A stretch of DNA of 63,417 nt, taken from Muribaculaceae bacterium (lineage in GTDB: Bacteria; Bacteroidota; Bacteroidia; Bacteroidales; Muribaculaceae). Made by a program: the position numbers and the translations under genes. The stretch covers positions 1-63,417 of the forward strand of contig JAFOYQ010000134.1 of NCBI GenBank assembly GCA_017424575.1, read 5' to 3'. Below the pieces are notes generated by a model. It was not told where the DNA came from, made no database searches, and was given only the letters and a program-made list of their open reading frames with translations. Positions 11,156 to 19,700 of this stretch are shown here, in pieces (positions within the stretch are counted from its first letter, which is position 1; each line of letters begins with the position of its first letter).

Positions 11156-12445
11156 TTAGATACCAAAGCGTTGCTTTAATTGTTCAACGCAATCGAGTTT
11201 TTCCCAAGTGAATAGCTCAACGGTAATAGTTTTTTCCCCTTCATATCGTGATGAGAAGGTCTTTGTTTTAATCTCAGGGGTGCGGCCCATGTGTCCATAA
11301 GCTGCTGTTTCTTGATAGATTGGGTTGCGAAGTTTGAGGCGAGTTTCGATAGCATAAGGGCGCATATCGAAGATTTCCATATTTGCAATAATATCCGAAA
11401 TCTCAGCGTCGCTCATAGCTACTTTGGCTGTGCCATAGGTGTTTACGCAAAGGCTCACTGGTTTTGCTACACCAATAGCGTAGGCTACTTGCACGAGTGC
11501 TTGATCGGCAACCCCTGCTGCTACCAAGTTTTTAGCAATGTGGCGAGCTGCGTATGCTGCCGAGCGGTCAACCTTTGAGGGGTCTTTGCCTGAGAATGCC
11601 CCACCACCATGTGCGCCACGACCACCATAGGTGTCAACGATAATTTTGCGACCAGTCAAACCTGTATCGCCGTGAGGGCCACCGATTACGAATTTGCCAG
11701 TAGGGTTGACATGGAGAATGTGGTTGCCGTCAAATAGTGCTTTAGTTTCTTCAGAGAGGAGGGCAATCACGCGAGGGATGAGGATAGTAGCAACATCGTT
11801 TTTGATAATTGCGAGCATTTCTTCATCGGCTTGTTCTTGAGTTTTACCTTCGCATGGTTTGATGAAATCGTCGTGTTGAGTCGATACTACAATAGTGTGC
11901 ACTCTCACAGGTTTGCCCTCAGAGGTATATTCAACAGTAACTTGGCTCTTTGAGTCGGGGCGTAGGTAGGTCATCACCTTCCCTTCACGACGTATTTCAG
12001 AGAGTTCTTTCAATAGCAAGTGGCTGAGGTCGAGGGTGAGAGGGAGGTAGTTGGCTGTTTCATTACAAGCATAGCCAAACATCATGCCTTGGTCGCCAGC
12101 TCCTTGATTTTCGATATTTTCGCGTTCTACACCACGATTGATATCGGCACTTTGTTCGTGGAGGGCTGAGAGCACTCCACAAGCATCGCCATCAAATTTC
12201 AATTCGCTACGGTCGTAACCAATGCCGTTAATCACGCGACGAGTTACATCCATAAGGTCGATATATGCCTCACTTTTCACCTCGCCAGCAACAACAACTT
12301 GCCCTGTGGTCACGAGAGTTTCGCAAGCCACTTTTGATTGAGGGTCATAAGCGAGAAACTCGTCAAGAATAGCGTCGGAGATTTGATCGGCTACTTTGTC
12401 GGGGTGTCCTTCCGACACCGATTCTGATGTAAATAGGTAATTCAT
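11156..12445 (-). CDS. metK: S-adenosylmethionine synthetase
   Basis: 429 aa with [24 protein letters not shown] and [19 protein letters not shown] motifs. Confidence 0.97.
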   Translation of the reverse strand: MNYLFTSESVSEGHPDKVADQISDAILDEFLAYDPQSKVACETLVTTGQVVVAGEVKSEAYIDLMDVTRRVINGIGYDRSELKFDGDACGVLSALHEQSADINRGVERENIENQGAGDQGMMFGYACNETANYLPLTLDLSHLLLKELSEIRREGKVMTYLRPDSKSQVTVEYTSEGKPVRVHTIVVSTQHDDFIKPCEGKTQEQADEEMLAIIKNDVATILIPRVIALLSEETKALFDGNHILHVNPTGKFVIGGPHGDTGLTGRKIIVDTYGGRGAHGGGAFSGKDPSKVDRSAAYAARHIAKNLVAAGVADQALVQVAYAIGVAKPVSLCVNTYGTAKVAMSDAEISDIIANMEIFDMRPYAIETRLKLRNPIYQETAAYGHMGRTPEIKTKTFSSRYEGEKTITVELFTWEKLDCVEQLKQRFGI

Positions 12446-12475
12446 ATTCTTTAGTCGTTTAATTAATAATCATAT

Positions 12476-12518
12476 ATAAAATAAAAATTGACGGGCCGAA
12501 ATATCTTTTGCCTGTCAA
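12476..12518 (-). terminator. Leader (attenuator) terminator inside the metK 5' UTR
   Basis: On the - strand: TTGACAGGC-N12-GCCCGTCAA (9-bp stem, one mismatch) followed by TTTTTATTTTAT. It lies 30-70 nt upstream of the metK ATG. Confidence 0.6.
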
Positions 12519-12554
12519 TCACACAACTAAAGCCACAATGAAATAAAGGGAGTG

Positions 12555-12612
12555 AGTATTGCGGTTTTAGCATTTTTTATAGTGGTTGCAAGCAGCCAAA
12601 TTTTTCCACATC
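12555..12612 (-). promoter_or_regulatory. Candidate SAM riboswitch aptamer (SAM-II-like) in the metK leader
   Basis: The - strand reads GUGGAAAAAUUUGGCUGCUUGCAACCACUAUAAAAAAUGCUAAAACC. A GUGG/CCAC helix encloses a UUUGGC loop that can pair with the downstream GCUAAA (H-type pseudoknot), which resembles my recollection of the SAM-II consensus. No covariance model was run. Confidence 0.35.
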
Positions 12613-12627
12613 ATTAATTTTCGACTG

Positions 12628-12635
12628 CAAAGTTA
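12628..12635 (-). promoter_or_regulatory. -7 promoter box (TAACTTTG on the - strand) for metK
   Basis: Exact TAnnTTTG. It predicts a ~175-nt leader. Confidence 0.45.
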
Positions 12636-12710
12636 GTAATAATTAATTAAAACCTAATAATTTATAGCGAAAAATTTTGCTCTAAATTTGCATTTCCACT
12701 TGATTTACAC

Positions 12711-12718
12711 TACCTTTG
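12711..12718 (+). promoter_or_regulatory. -7 promoter box (TACCTTTG) for the thioredoxin gene
   Basis: Exact TAnnTTTG, 46 nt upstream of the ATG at 12764. Confidence 0.5.
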
Positions 12719-12763
12719 CGACTGACTATTTGACAAATACTAACAATAAATATAAAACAAATT

Positions 12764-13150
12764 ATGAAGAAAGTACTTTTAATTATGAGCATGATTCTCG
12801 CTTTTGCATTCAATAGCGAGGCTCAAGAGGTGAAAGAAATTGATTACCAAACTTTCTCTAAAGAGATTCTTCCTAAGGCAACACGTCCTATGGTGCTTGA
12901 TTTCTATGCTACATGGTGTGGTCCATGTCAAGCTATGGAAGCTGTAATGGCTAAAGCTGCTAAGGAATATGCTGGTCAAATCGATTTCTATCGTGTAAAT
13001 GTTGACAAAAACCAAGAGTGGGCCAACTATCTCGGCATATCTTCAATTCCTACATTGTTGTTCTACAAAAATGGCAAAATCCACCATGTGGAAACAGGCT
13101 ACAAAGAATATGTAGAATTTGTTAACCATCTATCTCGCATTGTAGAGTAA
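12764..13150 (+). CDS. Secreted thioredoxin-family protein
   Basis: 128 aa with a signal peptide and the WCGPC active site. Confidence 0.9.
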   Translation: MKKVLLIMSMILAFAFNSEAQEVKEIDYQTFSKEILPKATRPMVLDFYATWCGPCQAMEAVMAKAAKEYAGQIDFYRVNVDKNQEWANYLGISSIPTLLFYKNGKIHHVETGYKEYVEFVNHLSRIVE

Positions 13151-13176
13151 TATACACATTAATATAATAGAATAAT

Positions 13177-13215
13177 GGAGGTGCATTCTTAATGATGCAT
13201 CTCCATTTTATTTTT
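13177..13215 (+). terminator. Intrinsic terminator after the thioredoxin gene
   Basis: 10-bp stem GGAGGTGCAT / ATGCATCTCC (one G-U pair) with an 8-nt loop, then ATTTTATTTTT. Confidence 0.75.
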
Positions 13216-13261
13216 GGTATTTTTTTGCCAGCATGCATGGACACGACGTGCCGTGTCCGAT

Positions 13262-13830
13262 AATTTTGACAGAATGAAATGAGAGAAAGATGGCATTGCC
13301 GAAGGTAATGCTTCTGGGTAGCCGGAGATTGAGCGTGCGAAATCTCCGGTATAGGATAAGAAAGAATAGTTTCTGAAAGAATCTTTTTTGTCTGAATTAT
13401 TAATTTAGACAGAATGCACAAAAGGCTTACGCATGATATTTTTTAGACAGAATGACATAAAAACATAAAGCTAACGCAATGAAATTCAATAAAATATCTT
13501 TCTGTCCTTCTGCCCATTCTGTCCTTCTGTCCTCTTTTTCCAGGCGTGGTGTTTTTTTAGACGGAATGCCAGAATGAACATATTTTAACCCCCTCCCCAC
13601 TTCGTGGGACTCCCCCTAATTGCCTTGCAATCAGAGGGAGAGTGGTATAAAAATAAACTTCTGTCATTCTGCACATTCTGTCCTTCTGTCCTCTCTTCCC
13701 AGACGTGGTGTTTTTTAGACAGAATGACATAAAAACATAAAGCTAACGCAATGAAATTCAATAAAATATCTTTCTGTCATTCTGCCCATTCTGTCTTTCT
13801 GTCCTCTCTCCCCAGGCGAGGGTGTTTAGA
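13262..13830. repeat. Repeat locus 1: a head-to-tail array of five modular units (D, C, A, B, A) of an unnamed intergenic repeat family
   Basis: Unit heads (A)GAC(A/G)GAATG lie at 13268, 13408, 13446, 13560 and 13718. Tails read ..TCTGTCATTCTGC(A/C)CATTCTGTC(C/T)TTCTGTCCTCT..CCAGGCGTGGTGTTTTT. A-units are 13446-13559 and 13718-13828, and the B-unit is 13560-13717. The region has no credible ORF. Confidence 0.85.
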
Positions 13831-13840
13831 ACAAATGGGA

Positions 13841-14575
13841 CTAAAACACCATTGCCATGCTTGCCCCAAATGTGTTATTGTTGTAGTAGGGGGTGATAGC
13901 CACTACAGTGCGTGAATTCTCGAGGTGAAAGAGCTTTTTCCACATAGGCAACATCCAATAGCCTATTCTTGCGCTCAAGATGCCGATACCTGCGCCGGCA
14001 AGGACATCGTTGGCCCAATGTCGATTGTTCCACACACGCATAAAACCCACACCACACGCCACAGCATAAGCGCCAATGCCATATTCGGCTCTCACGAGCT
14101 CAGCACCCATAAAAGCTTTGGCTGTGTGTCCCGAAGGGAAGGAGTTGTTGTCGCTACCGTCGGGGCGAGGCGAATACACGAGTTGTTTAGTGCCATACAC
14201 CATTGCTCCCAATGCAACGGCCGAGGTGGCAGTTACCAACAACCTATCGGTAAAAGAGTGGCGTGCTTTGGCACCGATAAAGTCAAGCCCCAGATATGCT
14301 ACTGCAGGGAGATATTGAAAGTAGTCGTCGATGTGGCAATAGTTGTCGCCACGCATTTCGGCGATGTCTTGGCTCAAACAGCGTGTTGCATCTTTATATC
14401 CATTTTCACTCAACCCTATAGCTCCCAGAGTGATGAGAGCTGTGGGGATAATGAGTTGTTGAGGGCGAAACTCTGTTGTAGAATCGCTATATACCACACT
14501 GTCGACCTCTTGGCTCCAGGTGAGAGCAGGTCGACAGGTGATTATGAGTAAAAGAATCAGTGTGATGATTCTCAT
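13841..14575 (-). CDS. PAP2-family (type 2 phosphatidic acid phosphatase-like) membrane phosphatase
   Basis: 244 aa with PAP2 motifs SFPSGHT and NRHWANDVLAG. Confidence 0.85.
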   Translation of the reverse strand: MRIITLILLLIITCRPALTWSQEVDSVVYSDSTTEFRPQQLIIPTALITLGAIGLSENGYKDATRCLSQDIAEMRGDNYCHIDDYFQYLPAVAYLGLDFIGAKARHSFTDRLLVTATSAVALGAMVYGTKQLVYSPRPDGSDNNSFPSGHTAKAFMGAELVRAEYGIGAYAVACGVGFMRVWNNRHWANDVLAGAGIGILSARIGYWMLPMWKKLFHLENSRTVVAITPYYNNNTFGASMAMVF

Positions 14576-14592
14576 ATCTTACTTAATGTAGA

Positions 14593-15864
14593 TCAATCAA
14601 TGATATCGAAGCCAGTGTAACGACGCAAGCACTCAGGCACTACGATGCCTTCAGGTGTTTGGTTGTTTTCGAGCAATGCAGCCATGATGCGAGGCAATGC
14701 GAGGGCTGAGCCATTGAGAGTGTGGCAAAGACGAGTCTTTTTGTCTTCGGCACGATAACGACATTTGAGACGATTAGCTTGATATGTTTCGAAGTTAGAT
14801 ACCGATGAAACTTCGAGCCAGCGTTTTTGTGCTGCAGAATATACCTCAAAGTCAAAAGTAATAGCCGATGTAAAACTCATATCACCACCGCAAAGGCGAA
14901 GAATGTGCCAAGGCAAACCGAGTTTGTCGAGCAAACCTTGAACGTGGTCTTTCATCTCTTCAAGAGCAGCATAAGAGTTTTCGGGCTTTTCGATGCGCAC
15001 AATTTCCACTTTGTCAAATTGGTGTAAACGATTCAATCCGCGAACATCTTTACCATAGCTACCAGCCTCACGACGGAAACATGCCGAATAAGCACAATTC
15101 TTAACAGGGAACTTGTCGTCGGTGAGGATAACATCGCGATAGATGTTTGTCACAGGCACCTCAGCCGTAGGAATGAGATAGAGGTTATCGAGTTGACAGT
15201 GATACATTTGTCCCTCTTTGTCGGGCAATTGACCTGTGCCATAACCCGATGCATCATTCACTACATAAGGTGGTTGCACCTCTACATAACCAGCTTCGCC
15301 AGCTTGGTCGAGGAAGAATTGAATGAGAGCGCGTTGAAGACGTGCACCTTTGCCAATATATACAGGGAATCCGGCACCAGTGATTTTTACACCCAAGTCA
15401 AAGTCGATGAGATTGTATTTCTTAGCGAGATCCCAGTGAGGAAGAGCATCTTCACCGAGGTTAGGCATCACGCCACCCTCTTTTTCCACCACATTATCCT
15501 CAGCAGTGCGACCTTCGGGCACCATTTCGCAAGGAATGTTAGGGATTGAGAGGAGGATTTCTTTGATTTGTTCTTCAACTGCATTAAGTTGTTCGGCAAT
15601 CTCTTTTTGAGATTCTTTGAGGGCAGCCACAGCATTTTTAGCCTCTTGAGCCTCATCTTTTTTACCCTCTTTCATCAATTTGCCAATAGTAGCAGCATAT
15701 TTATTGAGCTCGGCAGCTTGATTGTCGTTGTTGAGTTGAAGTTCGCGGCGTTTGCCATCGAGTTCAAGAATTTTATTTATACCTTCATTACCATCAAAAC
15801 CCTTTACAGCAAGGCGACTGATGATATATTGAGGATTTTCTTTAATTTGAGCAATAGTAAGCAT
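14593..15864 (-). CDS. serS: Seryl-tRNA synthetase
   Basis: 423 aa. N-terminal coiled-coil arm, class II motifs (FRREAGSYGKDVRGLNRLHQFDKVE) and C-terminal GSALALPRIMAALLEN. Confidence 0.97.
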   Translation of the reverse strand: MLTIAQIKENPQYIISRLAVKGFDGNEGINKILELDGKRRELQLNNDNQAAELNKYAATIGKLMKEGKKDEAQEAKNAVAALKESQKEIAEQLNAVEEQIKEILLSIPNIPCEMVPEGRTAEDNVVEKEGGVMPNLGEDALPHWDLAKKYNLIDFDLGVKITGAGFPVYIGKGARLQRALIQFFLDQAGEAGYVEVQPPYVVNDASGYGTGQLPDKEGQMYHCQLDNLYLIPTAEVPVTNIYRDVILTDDKFPVKNCAYSACFRREAGSYGKDVRGLNRLHQFDKVEIVRIEKPENSYAALEEMKDHVQGLLDKLGLPWHILRLCGGDMSFTSAITFDFEVYSAAQKRWLEVSSVSNFETYQANRLKCRYRAEDKKTRLCHTLNGSALALPRIMAALLENNQTPEGIVVPECLRRYTGFDIID

Positions 15865-15889
15865 ATATCGTTTATTTATAATTTACGTA

Positions 15890-16339
15890 TTAACCTAAAA
15901 GTTCCTTCACTTTAGCCGAAATCAAGCGACCATCGGCACGACCTGCAAGCGCTTTACTTGCAACCCCCATCACTTTACCCATCTCTTTGGCTGATGTTGC
16001 ACCCACTTGTTCGATGATTTTCTTCAATTCAGCCACGAGTTCATCTTCGCTCAACTGTTTTGGAAGATACTCCTCGATAACAGCAGCTTCAGCGAGTTCA
16101 CTTTCGGCGAGTTCAGGACGATTTTGTTCTTCGTAGATGCGCGCACTCTCTTTGCGTTGTTTCACCATTTTCACCAACACTTTCATCGCAGCATCGTCGG
16201 TGAGAGTTCCGTCGCCACCTTTAGCTGTTTTAGCTTCGAGGAATTCCTTTTTTATACCACGAAGAGCTTCGAGACGCACTTTATCGCGAGCCAACATAGC
16301 AGCCTTGATGTCGGCACCTATTTTGTCAAATATATCCAT
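15890..16339 (-). CDS. GatB/YqeY domain protein
   Basis: Starts MDIFDKIGADIKAAMLARDKVRLEALRGIK. The start was moved to the internal ATG at 16339 because the 13 extra codons of the ORF track run into the upstream non-coding region. Confidence 0.85.
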   Translation of the reverse strand: MDIFDKIGADIKAAMLARDKVRLEALRGIKKEFLEAKTAKGGDGTLTDDAAMKVLVKMVKQRKESARIYEEQNRPELAESELAEAAVIEEYLPKQLSEDELVAELKKIIEQVGATSAKEMGKVMGVASKALAGRADGRLISAKVKELLG

Positions 16340-16454
16340 AGTTTTCAGTTTTTTAATTTCTAATTTGCAAAAGTACATAATTTTTCTTTTGCATCAAATT
16401 AGTTAGGGTACAAATTTCTCTTTTGACAAATTGTAGTACCACGACACGCCGTGC

Positions 16455-16714
16455 CTTTTTTTAGACAGAATGCCAGAATGAAACATATTTTAACCCCCTC
16501 CCCACTTTGTGGGACTCCCCCTAATTGCCTTGCAATCAGAGGGAGAGTGGTATAAAAATTAACTTCTGTCATTCTGCACATTCTGTCCTTCTGTCCTCTC
16601 TTCCCTGGCGTGGTGTTTTTTTTGACAGAATGACATAAAAACATAAAGCTAACGCAATGAAATTCAATAAAATAAATTTCTGTCTTTCGGTCCTTTCTTC
16701 CCAGGCGTAGGTTT
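16455..16714. repeat. Repeat locus 2: a B unit (16464-16623) plus a shortened A unit (16624-16714) of the same family, in the same orientation
   Basis: The B copy differs from 13560-13717 at about 6 positions in 160 by hand alignment. The A copy lacks one TTCTGTC block. Confidence 0.85.
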
Positions 16715-16751
16715 CATAAAAGCAGTTAAGGGCAGTGCTCACGCACTACCC
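16715..16751 (-). terminator. Possible terminator after the T9SS cargo gene
   Basis: Stem GGGTAGTGC / GCACTGCCC (one mismatch) with a GTGA loop on the - strand, followed by TTAACTGCTTTTA. Confidence 0.4.
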
Positions 16752-16782
16752 CTAACCAAACCAAATATTTATGAAACAAATT

Positions 16783-19700
16783 TTATTTCTTAATCATGCG
16801 AGTTGTTGTGCCGCTTGCGCTTACTACATACACACCCGATGTGAGGTCGCTCACATTGAATTTTGCAGTTGTTTCGCCCGATTCAAACTCTTTTACCAAT
16901 TGTCCGTCGATAGTGAAAATCTTCACCTCGCCAAGCACTGTTGTTGAGCGAATAGTAGCCTCACTTTGTGCAGGGTTAGGATAAACCATCAACACACCCT
17001 TATCAAATGCTACAGCTTCTACGCCTGTGGTGAGTTGAGTTTCAACAACGTCATCCATAACAAGAGTTTTGTAATCCTTATTCACTGCTGTAATCATTTG
17101 CAATGTATAATTTGTTGCTCTTGAAAGAGGATTGGCAGGAGCAAGTTCATGTTTGTTATCAATAAGAGATTTGTTGATTCTAAACTCGGGAGTTGATGCT
17201 ACCAATATTGGATAATTTGCGCTTAATTCAAACTCAAACTCAGCGTCTTTTACTGCATTGATTTTTTCATTACCAGCCCATACATAGTGCACTTTTAGTG
17301 GGAAGGTGCCTGATTTGGTGATAAGTTTTGACCAATCTTCGCTTCCTGTGTATCCGAGTTGTTTTAATTCAAAGCTTGGATTTCGTTTATTATATAACAC
17401 TACATGTTCATCAATCAAGATTGATGCAGCTTGATATGGAGTCCATTTATTAGATGTAGCAGTAGGGTGACCGATACAAGTAAATGAAGGGTTGGCATAA
17501 TAACCAAGATATTTTACATAGTCCTCTTGAAACTCTTTCAACGTTATATTCATTACTGCATCGTAGTAGTGTTTGTAATAACCACCATTAATGTAATTGC
17601 CTTCATCGTCCTTATTACCTTCGTCCCAGTGAGTAGATTGTTCCAAGAATAGGTATCCAGAGTATTTATTTGGGTCAACTTCGGGTGTTTCAAAATCGGG
17701 ATTTAGTGCGATAATAGTTTCGCTCACACCTACCACATGGATTTGTTCTTCATTTACAGTGCGACGATAGTTTGTTTCAACAACTACCTTATATTCTTTG
17801 TTGTTCTCAGGTTTGTAAACCAATCGACTGCGTCCGTCGGGCGAAGTTGTTTCTTCGATACCCACAGGGATACCCACAAGGTCGAATGCTAAATCTTGAG
17901 AGTTAGAATACATTGATGATGTTTCTATATCAGACGAAATTTGACCATATTTTTGACTATTTCTAATCCACACCCACTCATCTCCATTTTTCTCAAAAAG
18001 GTTGAAGGTGTAAGCGATTTCCCATGTCCAATTTTCATAACTACCATCAGCATTTTTAGTGCCAATAACCTCATCGGCAATGGCGATAGGTTCGATTGTA
18101 GCGCCGATAGTACCAATAGTGTTTGCTTCGGTGATTGTAATAGGGTTAGTTGGGGTTGTGATATCGCCTTTCTTTTGGAAAGTACCCATAGGGTAGTGGT
18201 CATTACTTACAAACGAAGAGAAATCGCCTGCAACAGCTGTAATACCCACATTGTTGCCATTTGGCAATGTCCATTTGGGAGCAGGCACAACCATTTTACC
18301 TGCTTCAGCACCTGGCTCATTGGCAAGAGTTGCTATCGCATTGGTGAAATTGAATGCGCGAGAAGATATTGCATACACTTGAGGTTGATATACTATGCCA
18401 GGATTAACATTTCTCCATGTAAGCGATTTAGTGCCTTTTGACAAATCGTCGGTAGGTTTCAAGTCTTCAATATCAACTTCAAGATACCAACCATCTACGC
18501 TATAGTGGTTGCAGTTGTTGGCTACAACTGTTACTGGACCTTGAACAAATGTGCCTATTTCGCTTGCGTTGCTTGCTCCATTGAGCCACTTAGCTGCAGT
18601 TTCATCAACAACAATTGCATATTTTGATATTAATGCCATTGCGTCATTATCTTCAAGACGCAATGCTGAGAAATTATCGTTAAGAGCAATATCAAGTTGG
18701 AGGTTGAAAGTATAAAGTTTTTTGCCATCACGTTCTTCGGTGGGTTGAGTCAACGCCACATCAACAGGAACAGATTGATAGAAGGCTGTAATAGTTTTGC
18801 CTTTGCCCTCAATTATTGTTTCTTGACCGATAGCGCCAGTTGATGAATAATATGGTGCTACTTTATAATTATATATGCGGTCGTAGCCATCGCCAGGTTG
18901 GATGTTTTTGTGGGCGTAAGAACCTTCTGTGCCCGATGTGATAGTTGTTGTGCCGAGTTCTACCCATGCACCACCATTGTCATACACACGATTGCCCGAC
19001 TCATCACGGCGCATTGTTTGGTAATAAACCTTATATTCCTTACCAGTTACGCCAGTCCAAGTCACCAACGCATCAACAGTGCCCATTGCAGAGTTGCCAC
19101 CCTCGCCATAGCATTGACGAGAAACCTTAAGATTTGTTACAGCATCAATAATTTCAAGGTTGACAGTCGCGTCATTACCCCAATAAGGATTGTAATAAGG
19201 TGCTACCTTAAATATATAAGAACCGGCAGGTAGGCTTGAGAATGATTGAGACAAATTTTGTGTTTCAACAGCAGTTGACCATGAAGAGCCACCATTGCTT
19301 GAATAGCTTACTCGATACTTCTCAGGAGTAGTATTTGCAGGTTTTGCCCATGAAACAGTAACATTGTTTGTAGCAGGGTCAAGAGAAGTATTTAATGAAA
19401 CTACTGCATCTGAGAGCGTAGCTACACTTCCCGATGGAGGAGCATATTCGCCCCATGTGCTAGAACAACTATAATAAGGGCGAACTCTAAATGTGTAGTT
19501 GCCTTCTGCAAGGTTGGGATATGTATAATTCAAGTTGGTTGTTTCAACGGCAGTTGACCATGACGAACCACTATTGCTTGAATATTGCACTTGATATTTT
19601 GTGGGAATACCAGCCGATGGCTTCGCCCATGAAACGGTAAAATTATTTGCTGTTCCACTAACGCGAGTAGCTTTCAATGATGTTACAGGATTAGTGTATG

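Noticed and set aside
13262-13830. The possibility that the repeat array is a CRISPR array.
   Set aside because: Unit lengths vary from 38 to 160 bp. The would-be spacers are themselves repeated at other loci. There is no regular repeat-spacer periodicity and there are no cas genes in the window.
13925-14551. A 208-aa ORF on the + strand.
   Set aside because: It is antisense to the PAP2 phosphatase gene, which carries the diagnostic PAP2 motifs. It is a shadow ORF.
16399-16644. An 81-aa ORF (containing ..LGGVPQSGEGV..) inside repeat locus 2, and the similar 99-aa ORF at 13122..13421 in locus 1.
   Set aside because: Both are translations of the repeat units. The two B copies differ by a 1-nt indel that would shift this frame. 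There is no start context, and the frame is not maintained between copies.
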